This document shows positions 1 to 9,262 of a stretch of DNA of 64,000 nt, piece after piece. Each line of letters opens with the position of its first letter. The first letter of the stretch is position 1. This DNA comes from a virus. The DNA is taken from IMG/VR virus record IMGVR_UViG_3300036770_005682, positions 73,812-137,811 of that record; one strand, written 5' to 3'. The position numbers were made by a program, and so were the translations under genes. The notes below the pieces were generated by a model. That model was not told the DNA's origin and did no database searches. It saw nothing but the letters and a program-made list of their open reading frames with translations.

Positions 1-144
1 CCATAACACTCCAAACTCATGCTTGCCAATAATTATAGTGAAACCACCCCACCTGCTGATACGGATAAAAGGCCTCATCGGCGGGTTCATCTTTTGTTGC
101 TTGTGATGGTGTAGTCGCAGACGTGTCACGGCATCATTTTCCAT
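1..144 (-). CDS. hypothetical protein, partial (runs off window start)
   Basis: ATG at 144 just downstream of tRNA-Leu; frame open to the edge (MENDAVTRLRLHHH...). Confidence 0.35.
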   Translation of the reverse strand, partial: MENDAVTRLRLHHHKQQKMNPPMRPFIRISRWGGFTIIIGKHEFGVLW

Positions 145-146
145 AG

Positions 147-226
147 TGGGCCCGGAGGGACTCGAACCCTCACTCCGTGGAACCAGGACCTAAACCTGGC
201 GCGTCTGCCAATTCCGCCACGAACCC
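147..226 (-). tRNA. tRNA-Leu(TAG)
   Basis: Reverse complement folds as a cloverleaf: GGGTTCG/CGGGCCC acceptor, CCAGG-TTTAGGT-CCTGG anticodon arm, variable arm, GGTTCGAGTCC T-loop. Confidence 0.93.
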
Positions 227-447
227 TAAGTGTCTGCCTTCCACCGTCTGACATTTTTGATGTAGACGACGATGTAAGCGATAGAACCAAGGATAAAGCC
301 ATATGTGCCAGTTTGCAAGGCGAAAACTATCCACAGGCATTCCATGACGATGAGCCACAAGAACGCCTCCCAGCGCTTCTTGCCGACGAAATACATGCCG
401 GCGACGCCCATGCACGCCAAAAGCCAGGACCACTGTAGTTCGCTCAT
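226..447 (-). CDS. small membrane protein, PnuC-like
   Basis: 73 aa with about three hydrophobic helices (WSWLLACMGVAGMYF, AFLWLIVMECLWIVF). Confidence 0.6.
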   Translation of the reverse strand: MSELQWSWLLACMGVAGMYFVGKKRWEAFLWLIVMECLWIVFALQTGTYGFILGSIAYIVVYIKNVRRWKADT

Positions 448-469
448 AAGGGAATTAGCTTATACCCAG

Positions 470-542
470 CGCCCTGAGTAGGGGTCGAACCTACAACCTA
501 CAGATTAGAAGTCTGTTGCTCTATCCATTGAGCTATCAGGGC
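470..542 (-). tRNA. tRNA-Arg(TCT)
   Basis: GCCCTGA/TCAGGGC acceptor, ACAGA-CTTCTAA-TCTGT anticodon arm, GGTTCGA T-loop. Confidence 0.95.
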
Positions 543-687
543 CTTCCAGGTAGAATAACGCACAAGCACCGGGGGATTTCGGATAAATCCAGCCGAAGTC
601 CATGAGGTGAAAATTGTGGCGTACGCTCCCACACACACCACCACGGCGAGTGGAAAGTTTACAAGAGCCCCGTTACTCGCAGGACAT

Positions 688-730
688 TTGATGCCGCCAC
701 ATATAAATATTTATATTGATGCCGCCACAT
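688..730. repeat. 15-bp direct repeat TTGATGCCGCCACAT x2 flanking the AT palindrome ATATAAATATTTATAT
   Basis: Copies at 688-702 and 716-730; perfect 16-bp palindrome at 701-716. Confidence 0.85.
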
Positions 731-773
731 GTATTAGCGTTTGAGGCCGGCGTCGCCAGTGTCCCAAACGACA

Positions 774-802
774 TTGACAAACCTGACACACAAGAGTAAC
801 GT
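774..802 (+). promoter_or_regulatory. sigma-A-type promoter
   Basis: TTGACA-17bp-TAACGT upstream of AGAAAGG SD and ATG 827. Confidence 0.7.
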
Positions 803-826
803 TGCTGATGTAGAAAGGCAGAACCT

Positions 827-1267
827 ATGAACAACCTGCTCCCAGAGACCCTTTACCACGCCACTTTCCCAGACGCCGTCGATGCAATCCTAATGTCAGG
901 CTTAGACGAAAACCAAGAAGGCGTAGTCAACCTAGCGAACAACCCTATCTATGCAGCAGGATTCGTTTCGATACGAGACTTCTCCCGCCTGGGGGAGATA
1001 ACTATTGTGGATATCGACGGTATCCCGACTCCCAATATCGACCGCCAGCGCTTCGATGTGGCTCAGGTGTTGGCGATAGATGCGCGACGCCTTGACCCAG
1101 AGAAGCTTGAGATTAACCACGAAGAGGTTCGTGCCTCAGCAATAGGGGCTTTGCCCAGCGACCTAGTCACCTACCGATACAAGGGGCACATCCCTCGTGA
1201 GGCGATTCACATAGCTGACATATTCATTCGTAACGACAGCCGCATCCCGCCCCACTTCGCTCCATAG
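827..1267 (+). CDS. ADP-ribosyltransferase-fold protein (Tpt1/KptA- or DUF952-like NAD-binding domain)
   Basis: LYHAT...IL.SGL....VNLA N-terminal motif, VLAID strand, C-terminal Y.GHIP..AI. Confidence 0.55.
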   Translation: MNNLLPETLYHATFPDAVDAILMSGLDENQEGVVNLANNPIYAAGFVSIRDFSRLGEITIVDIDGIPTPNIDRQRFDVAQVLAIDARRLDPEKLEINHEEVRASAIGALPSDLVTYRYKGHIPREAIHIADIFIRNDSRIPPHFAP

Positions 1268-1284
1268 TCCACGGGTGACACGGG

Positions 1285-1914
1285 TCACATCCACTGACAA
1301 GCGAAGCCGCGTTTCATAAGACCATCGCCTATCGCTGCGTAGTAGGTCGCCTCGTCTTCAGGTGGCATCTCGTTCTCCACCTCTCGCAGTACCCTGCCAA
1401 ATAAGTTTGGATACATGGCATTCTGACCCCTCACCTTGGTGCTGCCAGGAAAGTACAGCTCCTCGTCCCACTCAACCTTCCTGCCCCACATCTCTTTGTA
1501 AGGCTTGGCTATGAAGGTGACCTCGTCGTTTTCAACGTGTGTGATAGTCAGACAAGTGCTCACGGGTGACTCTGGCGCAAGATAGGCGACATGTAGCTCC
1601 TGTCCTGCTGTTGCTTCAGGATTGGTACTGACCCACCCTTCTGCCACCATCGTGAACGCATCTATGTGCCATGCCTTCTTGACTATGCACACAGCATCAC
1701 TGACACGCTTGAACCGCTCAGTGTGGTCTCTCACCTCAGGCGTCAACGCCATAGATAGGACTAACTCTAAAGCGTGGTCTTTCCAGCAAAAGATTGACAT
1801 AGGCAGGTCTTCTCCTATGCCAAATTCCTTGACACACTGCTCCTTTGCATTGACAGCACTGAGCATAGATATAGCAATCTTGTCAAGACGATGTGTATAG
1901 CGAACGTTTCCCAC
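1285..1914 (-). CDS. hypothetical protein (probable distant paralog of 25436..26011)
   Basis: 209-aa ORF; shares AK..C.E..G..D.P and (V/I)(A/V)EG(W/Y) pattern with 25436..26011. Confidence 0.75.
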   Translation of the reverse strand: MGNVRYTHRLDKIAISMLSAVNAKEQCVKEFGIGEDLPMSIFCWKDHALELVLSMALTPEVRDHTERFKRVSDAVCIVKKAWHIDAFTMVAEGWVSTNPEATAGQELHVAYLAPESPVSTCLTITHVENDEVTFIAKPYKEMWGRKVEWDEELYFPGSTKVRGQNAMYPNLFGRVLREVENEMPPEDEATYYAAIGDGLMKRGFACQWM

Positions 1915-1972
1915 ATCTGAATACTAGCCCTACTTCCGCCACGGGTGACATCGGACGACTAATGTATGGCAC

Positions 1973-2311
1973 ATGGCTCAGAAGAAAACCAATAAGACAA
2001 AGAAGACTGCAGAGAAGAAGGCTCCGGCAAAGAAGAAGCCAGCCAAGAAAGCTGTAGCTAAGAAGACAGCAGCTAAGAAGACTCCTGCGAAGAAGGCTGC
2101 GCCTAAGAAGGCAGCACCCAAGAAGGCGGTACCAAAGGCTGTCGCAACAAGTTCCCAGACAAGCACAAGCACAGTCGACGCTGATGTGATTTGGACAATC
2201 TTCAATTCAGAGACCACTGTCGACGCCACAGTAAACGGCGAAGTCATCTATGCAAATGACGTCAAGCCTGCTTCAGTAAAGAAGCGTTTCCTCGCCTGGT
2301 TCAAGCGCTAA
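1973..2311 (+). CDS. Lys/Ala-rich histone-like DNA-binding protein
   Basis: PAKK/AAKK/APKK repeats like histone H1 or the HupB tail. Confidence 0.7.
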   Translation: MAQKKTNKTKKTAEKKAPAKKKPAKKAVAKKTAAKKTPAKKAAPKKAAPKKAVPKAVATSSQTSTSTVDADVIWTIFNSETTVDATVNGEVIYANDVKPASVKKRFLAWFKR

Positions 2312-2344
2312 AGGCTCACGGGTGACCCCGTGTAAAATATTCAA

Positions 2345-2659
2345 GTGAGCGATTCATTCAGAAGTCAAGACACTGTATTCGGCATACCCATACTTAGAGC
2401 AGGTAGAGCAGAGTGTCCAGTCTGTCAGCATCCCACTGGCGACTGTTCGGAACATGAAGGTATAGAGCCAGCTGGATTGAATCACATCGCATTCACTGAC
2501 AGCACTATCGAAACAATGAAAGACATACAAACAGTTCTTGTCGAAGAAAATATCTATGAAGACAGACAGATAACTCCCTTTACAAAAGTTCGCGTGATTG
2601 TTCATCACAAAGGAAGTTATGTGACAGTAGACAAAGCGAAAGAGTTAGGAATTATCTAG
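2345..2659 (+). CDS. hypothetical protein with CPVC..HPTGDC motif
   Basis: 104-aa ORF co-oriented upstream of the RNR gene. Confidence 0.75.
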   Translation: MSDSFRSQDTVFGIPILRAGRAECPVCQHPTGDCSEHEGIEPAGLNHIAFTDSTIETMKDIQTVLVEENIYEDRQITPFTKVRVIVHHKGSYVTVDKAKELGII

Positions 2660-2725
2660 ACTGACTTGCCTACGGGTGCTGCTGTACAATAGAGTTTCCT
2701 ATCGTAAGGGACCTATACAGAAAGC

Positions 2726-4657
2726 ATGGTTATGTCGGTATTCACCTCAGAATTCCTCTCTTCATACGCATCAAAACAGACCCCTTGGGGGTTTGGCGGC
2801 CTAGGGGAGGTCGTATATCTGAGGACGTATAGCCGCCCTATTGATGGACTTAATCGTAATGAGACTTGGCCTGAAACCATCGTACGGGCTATTGACGGCG
2901 CTATTGAGATTGGTGCGCCACTCAAACAAGAGCAAGCAGAAAAACTCTTCGACCACATGTTCAATCTCCGTTGCTCTCTATCAGGGCGCGCACTGTGGCA
3001 GCTTGGTACACCTCTGGTGCAAAAGTTCTCTGGCACTTCACTGAACAACTGCTACTTCACAAACATCGAGAAGATTGAGGACTTCGAACTGCTGTTTGAC
3101 TATCTCATGCTTGGTGGCGGCGTTGGCTTCTCAGTAGAGCGCAGCAAGATTCACGAACTGCCAAAAGTAAAAGCAGGCGTCAACATCACACATGAACGTA
3201 CCAATGACGCAGACATCATCGTGCCAGACAGTCGCACAGGATGGCGTCGCCTTTTGCACAGCGTCTTGAAGTCGTTTTTTGACACGGGTAAGTCTTTCTC
3301 GTACTCCACAATTCTGGTTCGCGAATTTGGAGCACCACTCAAGACATTTGGTGGAACAGCAAGCGGACCTGGCGCGCTCATCGAAGGCATTGACGACATC
3401 TGCAAGGTGATGAAGAATCGCGAAGGAAAGAAGCTTCGCTCCATCGATGTTCTCGACATCTGCAACATCATAGGAAAGATTGTCGTATCAGGTTCATCGC
3501 GTCGCTCTGCACAGATTGCTATTGGCGACCCCGATGATGTTCTCTTCCTCCGTGCAAAGAATTGGTCCACGGGTAATGTTCCGGCGTATCGTGCGAACTC
3601 CAACAACAGCATCTACGCAGACCACTTCGATGAGATTCTGCCAGAACTATGGAAAGGCTATGACGGTTCAGGCGAGCCCTATGGTTTGGTCAATCGTCGT
3701 CTCGCACGTACACATGGACGTCTTGGAGAGCGCAAGCTGGACAACACCATCGAAGGCTTCAACCCATGTGCCGAGATTGGTCTCGGAGATGGCGAGTCGT
3801 GCAACTTGTCAACGCTGTTCTTGCCGAATATCGAATCGTTTGAGCAACTGTGCGAAATCTCCGAACTTCTCTACATCGTTCAAAAGAGCATCACTCGCCT
3901 GAACTACCCATATGACAAGACGACAGACATCGTCCGCAAGAATGCTCGTCTTGGCCAGAGCATCACGGGTGTTCTTCAGTGTTCGCCAGAAAAGATTTCA
4001 TGGCTGTCACCTGCTTACGAAAAGCTCGAAGCAATGGACAAGGAATACTCAAAGAAGCACGGGTTGCCAACATCAGTGCGTCTGACGACAGTCCAGCCAT
4101 CCGGAACGCTGTCCCTTCTTCCTGGTGTGACCCCAGGCATCCACCCTGCGTACGCTAAGTACTACATCCGTCGTGTTCGCTTTGGTGCCGCTGACCCACT
4201 TGTCGCAGCATGTCGTGCTCGCGGGCACAAGGTCCAATGGGATATCGGTCTCGACGGCCGTGAAGACCATACTCGCTATGTTGTGGAGTTCCCATGCATG
4301 TCGCCTGAGGGCTCTGTGCTCGCCGCCGAGATGACGGCAATAGAGCAACTTGAGTGGGTGAAGAAGATGCAGACGGAGTGGGCTGACAACGCCGTATCTG
4401 TGACCGTTTATTACCGCAAAGAAGAGCTTGCGGGAATCAAGGAATGGCTCGAAAAGAACTACGACAGCAGCGTCAAGAGTGTGTCGTTCCTTCTCCACAC
4501 AGACCATAACTTCCCACTGCCGCCATACGAAGAAATTGACGAGCAGACGTACAGCAAGTTGGTCAACAAGCTAGATATGACAGTACCGCTCCAATTGACT
4601 ACGGGTGGCCTGTTGGAGTTGGACGATTGCTCTACGGGAGCTTGTCCGGTTCGCTAG
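2726..4657 (+). CDS. nrdJ: class II (adenosylcobalamin-dependent) monomeric ribonucleotide reductase
   Basis: RTYSR, LNNC, GGGVG, RRSA, FNPCAEI finger loop, TTVQPSGT, C-terminal CSTGACPVR cysteine pair. Confidence 0.95.
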   Translation: MVMSVFTSEFLSSYASKQTPWGFGGLGEVVYLRTYSRPIDGLNRNETWPETIVRAIDGAIEIGAPLKQEQAEKLFDHMFNLRCSLSGRALWQLGTPLVQKFSGTSLNNCYFTNIEKIEDFELLFDYLMLGGGVGFSVERSKIHELPKVKAGVNITHERTNDADIIVPDSRTGWRRLLHSVLKSFFDTGKSFSYSTILVREFGAPLKTFGGTASGPGALIEGIDDICKVMKNREGKKLRSIDVLDICNIIGKIVVSGSSRRSAQIAIGDPDDVLFLRAKNWSTGNVPAYRANSNNSIYADHFDEILPELWKGYDGSGEPYGLVNRRLARTHGRLGERKLDNTIEGFNPCAEIGLGDGESCNLSTLFLPNIESFEQLCEISELLYIVQKSITRLNYPYDKTTDIVRKNARLGQSITGVLQCSPEKISWLSPAYEKLEAMDKEYSKKHGLPTSVRLTTVQPSGTLSLLPGVTPGIHPAYAKYYIRRVRFGAADPLVAACRARGHKVQWDIGLDGREDHTRYVVEFPCMSPEGSVLAAEMTAIEQLEWVKKMQTEWADNAVSVTVYYRKEELAGIKEWLEKNYDSSVKSVSFLLHTDHNFPLPPYEEIDEQTYSKLVNKLDMTVPLQLTTGGLLELDDCSTGACPVR

Positions 4658-4817
4658 GCCGATTACGAGCATAAAGGTGCTCGGGATAGTATTCCATGAC
4701 TATCTCGGGCACCTTTCTGCATATTCCGCACGTTCCGCGTCTATAGAGTGCCTCTGGGTAGTGGCATGGCCAATCCCTGCAACAGCGAAGAATGATTAAC
4801 CCGTCAGACGGAGGCAT
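4632..4817 (-). CDS. small Cys-rich hypothetical protein
   Basis: 61 aa with CC..WPC and CGIC; overlaps the stop of an upstream small ORF. Confidence 0.45.
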   Translation of the reverse strand: MPPSDGLIILRCCRDWPCHYPEALYRRGTCGICRKVPEIVMEYYPEHLYARNRPSEPDKLP

Positions 4818-4953
4818 TGGGCTTATTTTTCCGCTTCTTTATTTTGTAGCCATTCAGGCGCAGCACCGTCTCGATGTGCTCAGGTATTCCATCAGTAATG
4901 GGGATGCCCTTGTGATTTAGTGCTTTGCGGATTATGTCTTGTTTCTTGCTCAT
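4804..4953 (-). CDS. small basic hypothetical protein (49 aa, MSKKQDIIRKAL...)
   Basis: Read manually; fills the gap downstream of tRNA-Lys. Confidence 0.5.
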   Translation of the reverse strand: MSKKQDIIRKALNHKGIPITDGIPEHIETVLRLNGYKIKKRKNKPNASV

Positions 4954-4964
4954 GTTTTATCCAG

Positions 4965-5037
4965 TCGGTCTGGTGGGACTCGAACCCACAACTCTCGGGT
5001 TAAAAGCCCGTTACTCTGCCAATTGAGTTACAGACCG
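4965..5037 (-). tRNA. tRNA-Lys(TTT)
   Basis: CGGTCTG/CAGACCG acceptor, CGGG-CTTTTAA-CCCG anticodon arm, GGTTCGAGTCC T-loop. Confidence 0.95.
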
Positions 5038-5043
5038 GAGTCA

Positions 5044-5361
5044 TTAACCCAAATAAGCTTTTATTTTCTCTACGAACTTGTCTTTAGGGTATGCGCCAAC
5101 AACCTGTTTGTCAACACGCCCATCAACAAATACGAGAACCGTAGGAATACTCATGACGCTGTAGCGCTGAGCAATATTGGGGTAGTCGTCAACATTAAGC
5201 ATGCCCACGGAAATATGCTGAGCATGCTCACGGGCTACTTCCTCAATAATAGGGCTAAAGAATGAACATGGGCCACACCAGGATGCCCATACGTCTACCA
5301 GCACGGGCTTATCAGAAGACCTGATAAAGGAATCAAAATTCTTGTCTGTTAGCTCATTCAT
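5044..5361 (-). CDS. trxA: thioredoxin
   Basis: WASWCGPC active site, SIPT cis-Pro motif. Confidence 0.95.
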   Translation of the reverse strand: MNELTDKNFDSFIRSSDKPVLVDVWASWCGPCSFFSPIIEEVAREHAQHISVGMLNVDDYPNIAQRYSVMSIPTVLVFVDGRVDKQVVGAYPKDKFVEKIKAYLG

Positions 5362-5650
5362 TGTTTATATCCGCCATCAAAACTTCTCTCATAACCCGAA
5401 TCTGCTTGATTTTGGCGAGTTTCTCATTATACAGTCTAACTACTTCGGAACAGACCAAATCATTTATTTCGTCGTAATGAAAAGGGTCGAGTTTTGTTCC
5501 TCGAATGGCGTTTGCAATGTCTGGGTGCTCCAGGTGCATGATATTGAAGAACGCCTGCCCTAGTCGCTCCATTTGACGCTGAGCTCGATATCCAGCAGCG
5601 GGCAGCAGAAATGCCAAGTACTCCTCACCTGTGGAAAACCGAGGTTCCAT
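5354..5650 (-). CDS. hypothetical protein
   Basis: 98 aa with R.GQAFFN...DPF motif seen in small phage proteins; lies in an operon. Confidence 0.7.
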   Translation of the reverse strand: MEPRFSTGEEYLAFLLPAAGYRAQRQMERLGQAFFNIMHLEHPDIANAIRGTKLDPFHYDEINDLVCSEVVRLYNEKLAKIKQIRVMREVLMADINNE

Positions 5651-5658
5651 ACGTCTAT

Positions 5659-5985
5659 TTAACCACTCAATCTCTTATTGCACGACAAACAGAATGTTGC
5701 CCACGGGTAATTCTTGCGGGATTCAACTGGGTGTTGACAGTCTCCAGCCTTAACGCATGCGTCATTGACTGCAAGACGTATGAACTCAGCCATGGACATC
5801 CCAGACTTCTCTGCTGACGATTTCCATATCTCGTGGTCAGCATCGGTTACCCGGACAATTACCTGCTTCTGGGCTGGTTCGCCAGGAGCTGAACCAGTAT
5901 TCTTCTTGCGGGTTGGGGTTATCCCCTCAGCAACCTTGGCCATCGCGGCATCGAGGTTGTCAATCTGCTCGTCTTTACTGGTCAT
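5659..5985 (-). CDS. ribbon-helix-helix DNA-binding protein with C-terminal Cys/His cluster
   Basis: KQVIVRVT...WK..AE..GMSMAEFIR..V pattern; C.HP...CLSC. Confidence 0.65.
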   Translation of the reverse strand: MTSKDEQIDNLDAAMAKVAEGITPTRKKNTGSAPGEPAQKQVIVRVTDADHEIWKSSAEKSGMSMAEFIRLAVNDACVKAGDCQHPVESRKNYPWATFCLSCNKRLSG

Positions 5986-6616
5986 CTTCCATGTCCTCCA
6001 CAACCTCGGCGTCAACTATGTCTTCATCTGGAATAGTAATCGTCTCCAGCTGTCTACCCTTGTTAAGTATTGAATCAATGTAGTCAGCTGGCATGACACC
6101 TGACTTACCCATCAATTCAAGCAACTTGCGTGCTTCTGCCTCTGGGCTGAATTCGTCGATGGCAGCCTTGGGCGTAGCACCAGCCAAGACAGCACGGGCT
6201 GGAATCCGTTGCCCGATATCCACATTCACGTTCACATTCTGTTGGTCCATGCCCAGGAGCTTTGCTCTTCTATCCATAATCGACAGCACTGACGTAATGG
6301 CCTTCAGGTCGGGCTCAATCTGGACTTCACTGCCGTCCGGCTGAGTCATCTTGCGATGCTGTGTCATGGGCCAGATGGCCTGCTGGAGGGCATCAAGGCG
6401 CTCAAGCTCCATACGGAGGACTTCTGGGTATGCCAGCAACGCCTCTTGGTTAAGTTTCTCTAACTGCCTTGAAATAGCATTAGTGACAGCTTTTGTCGTG
6501 ATGTTGAATCGCCGTGCAATCTCGTTATGCGGCACGCCAGCTTGGCGCATCTTGAATATTCTCAAGTCGCGCTCGGCAAGGAACTCGCGTGTCAAGCCAT
6601 TGGATTTTTCCGCCAT
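5975..6616 (-). CDS. HTH protein, terminase small subunit-like
   Basis: R.AG....EIA.R.......V HTH; LERLDAL...IW and DLKAI..VL.IMDRRAKLLG motifs. Confidence 0.6.
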   Translation of the reverse strand: MAEKSNGLTREFLAERDLRIFKMRQAGVPHNEIARRFNITTKAVTNAISRQLEKLNQEALLAYPEVLRMELERLDALQQAIWPMTQHRKMTQPDGSEVQIEPDLKAITSVLSIMDRRAKLLGMDQQNVNVNVDIGQRIPARAVLAGATPKAAIDEFSPEAEARKLLELMGKSGVMPADYIDSILNKGRQLETITIPDEDIVDAEVVEDMEDDQ

Positions 6617-6624
6617 ACTATTTC

Positions 6625-8418
6625 CTAAGAGTGTTTAGTAAATTCTAGTACGACGAATGGCCAATCTGTGCCACGGGCGAGCTGCTTGGGCCAGTCGCGC
6701 TGGTCACGGGCTCCACGGAAGTGCCCCACGTTGTACACGTATCCGCTGGGGTTTGTCGGGTCTGGGGTGAGTGCGAGACCAAACTCGGGCCAGCGAGACC
6801 ATACAGAAGACCCAAACGGACGCAGGTCACGAGACGACATGGAGGTTCCCAGGGGGGCGTGGTGTTCAAGCCACAAAGCGCACCCATACACATCACGAAT
6901 CATGTCAAGGTACTTTGCTACCTCAACGGCGAGAGCCTCGCTTGTACGGGTGCCATTGTCAACAAAGGACTTGTACATAGGGCCCATGCAGATGAGTTGA
7001 GGCTGGATTTGCTCAATGTATTGCTCAATGAGAATACGGTCGCGAGCACTCGTAAGGTCCAACCCATCTGGTTTCACGACCAAGTGCGCATCTACATGCT
7101 TTGCACCAGAGTGACGTATCGCCTGTTGCATGATGCTGCGTGAGGTACGACGAATAATGCGCTCTGGGTTTTCCAGGTCAATTGTCAGCGTTCTGACGGG
7201 TGGGATTTTTTGGAAGGTAAATGGGTGTACCCCAGCCGCTGCACAGAGTGCGACTTGGCGGGCCAGCATTGTCTTGCCGACGCCCTCCGCAGCAACGACC
7301 ATAACGCGCTCGCTGCGTTCCAAAATTCCAGGAATAACCCATTCATATGATTCATCATCTGCCTCCTCTAGGAACTCCTGCCACACGACAAGGCGGCCAG
7401 GGTTGGGATTAATGTGTTGGGTGTCAGCGCTGTTCAGCAACAGCACCGAGCGATTTATTTTCTGCTGAAGAGTGAGCTTGTCTTTGTCAAATACATCAAT
7501 GATTTGAGCCAGCAATGAATCCTCTGGCTTGTCTGTCTCTTCGATTTGCTCTAACTCCGGCAGCGACGATGCGCGCTCATAAAACTCGAGCTCTACTAAA
7601 TCCTCAATGTTCTTGCCAGCCGTTATGTGGTCAGTAATGTCCTTACCTACGGGTGACATCCATATGTTGCACCCACGGGCTCCCGCTGCCTTCAATAGTG
7701 CTGCCACAGCAAGAGCGTGCTGCTTTCCTACTTCATCATTGTCGGCCACTATCTCCACATGGGCTCGTGACAAGATTTCCGTATAGGACTGGTCCCACTT
7801 GCCAGCACCGCTGTCCATAGTCGTTGCACAGATACCCAGACCAACGAGGGTTTCTACGTCTTTCTCACCCTCAACGAGCCATACGGGCTCCCCTGCTTCA
7901 ATAGCCTTGATAACGCTGGGCAAACGATAGAGAACACGACGAACCGGCGGGTCCTTGAGATTCCAAATGAATTCACCAGGGCGATTTGGGTCTGGCTGTC
8001 GGTTAGCGAACGACTTACCGCCATCATCCAGGCGGAAGCGAACCTTCTCATAAAGCAGAACTCCATCTTCGTCATAGTAGGGATATGTGGTCTCTACTTT
8101 CTTTCCGACGTTGCGCTTAGCAGATGGGCTACGAGTATCTGTTTCAAACTTTGGTGCAGGCACCCACTCGTCATCGTCATCAGCGAATAGTTCACGCGGC
8201 TCCATCCCTATCGACTTACATATCTCATCGAGCGAACATGAATTTCCACGATGACAGTGCAGCAGCGCAGTGCCCTCTTCGTTCTGCGAGATTGCTAGCG
8301 ATGGATTTGAGTCATCATTACGACAAGGACAGCGTGCCATCCACTGATTGCGTCCTGTTTGTCGCACGCCATCAAGGAGGCCAAGGACTGTGTCTACTGG
8401 TTTAGAGATGTTGTTCAT
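6625..8418 (-). CDS. DNA primase-helicase (Zn finger, TOPRIM, RecA-like AAA_25)
   Basis: CPC..D..PSL...HCH..C; VEGEKD and ADND TOPRIM motifs; AAEGVGKT Walker A; RPFGSS. Confidence 0.9.
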   Translation of the reverse strand: MNNISKPVDTVLGLLDGVRQTGRNQWMARCPCRNDDSNPSLAISQNEEGTALLHCHRGNSCSLDEICKSIGMEPRELFADDDDEWVPAPKFETDTRSPSAKRNVGKKVETTYPYYDEDGVLLYEKVRFRLDDGGKSFANRQPDPNRPGEFIWNLKDPPVRRVLYRLPSVIKAIEAGEPVWLVEGEKDVETLVGLGICATTMDSGAGKWDQSYTEILSRAHVEIVADNDEVGKQHALAVAALLKAAGARGCNIWMSPVGKDITDHITAGKNIEDLVELEFYERASSLPELEQIEETDKPEDSLLAQIIDVFDKDKLTLQQKINRSVLLLNSADTQHINPNPGRLVVWQEFLEEADDESYEWVIPGILERSERVMVVAAEGVGKTMLARQVALCAAAGVHPFTFQKIPPVRTLTIDLENPERIIRRTSRSIMQQAIRHSGAKHVDAHLVVKPDGLDLTSARDRILIEQYIEQIQPQLICMGPMYKSFVDNGTRTSEALAVEVAKYLDMIRDVYGCALWLEHHAPLGTSMSSRDLRPFGSSVWSRWPEFGLALTPDPTNPSGYVYNVGHFRGARDQRDWPKQLARGTDWPFVVLEFTKHS

Positions 8419-8732
8419 AGGTTTTCAGTAATAGGAATCTTTGTAAATAGTTTGAGCGTGCCGTCTTTCTTGCGTTGACGGATTACCTTCTCTCGTTCTT
8501 CTAGGCTAAGCCCTCCCCAGATGCCGTGCATTTCCTGTGCTGATATTGCGTATTCAAGACATTCTGACTTGACATGGCACTCACGACATATTTCCTTAGC
8601 AACTAGAAAGTCTCGTGCTCGTTCCCCTTTTGCATGCCTCTCTGGAAACCACCAGTCAGTTGGATAACCGATGCATGCACCATCCTGAGGTGGATGCACT
8701 TCGTATGGTAGTACCCAGCGTATTGCTGACAT
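8415..8732 (-). CDS. whiB: WhiB family transcription regulator
   Basis: C-x22-CxxC-x5-C and GIWGG motif. Confidence 0.92.
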   Translation of the reverse strand: MSAIRWVLPYEVHPPQDGACIGYPTDWWFPERHAKGERARDFLVAKEICRECHVKSECLEYAISAQEMHGIWGGLSLEEREKVIRQRKKDGTLKLFTKIPITENL

Positions 8733-8790
8733 TTAGCCTCCCTGCGTGACAGCAAGTGAGACTAGTTCGTCAAGAACAAAAACGCAACGG

Positions 8791-9258
8791 CTAATCGAAC
8801 AAATCTGCTACGCGGCGAATTGCAGAGGCGACACGCTCGCGAGCTGTGCGCCGAATGCCTAAGTGGTTTTCGACAAACTCTTGCGCATGACGATTTGACA
8901 CTGAAGTTATCTCGTACACCATGTTGCGATATGAATCGGAATTAATGAAATGCTCCCACAAGAATGGGTCAAAGCCATCAAACATGTGGAACGTCATTGA
9001 CTCAAGACCAGCTTTGTCAGCAATTATCTCAAGACGCCAATCAGTGTTCTTTTCGATAGCTATGAGCAATTCCGTCATAGCTGTTGCACCATCATTATTG
9101 AATGCTGCCTTGACAAAAGCATTTATTTGACGCTGCCGGTGCAATGTCCATGCATCGTCAATCTCTTCTAGCTCCTCATCCGTCATGGATTCGGTGCTCA
9201 CCTCGATGTCGTCGTCGTCTTCCCAGTCGAACATGTCATCGGCGAAAAAATCTCCCAT
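8791..9258 (-). CDS. acidic hypothetical protein
   Basis: 155-aa ORF in an operon. Confidence 0.75.
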   Translation of the reverse strand: MGDFFADDMFDWEDDDDIEVSTESMTDEELEEIDDAWTLHRQRQINAFVKAAFNNDGATAMTELLIAIEKNTDWRLEIIADKAGLESMTFHMFDGFDPFLWEHFINSDSYRNMVYEITSVSNRHAQEFVENHLGIRRTARERVASAIRRVADLFD

Positions 9259-9262
9259 GTGT

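Noticed and set aside
211-221. Similarity of the motif core GTGGCGGAA to the tRNA-Leu D-arm, suggesting tRNA-derived attachment sites
   Set aside because: Only 9 nt match, integration cores usually derive from tRNA 3' halves, and no integrase is seen
2713-4507. Long antisense ORFs opposite nrdJ and other large genes
   Set aside because: Shadow ORFs expected from codon bias; no independent start signals
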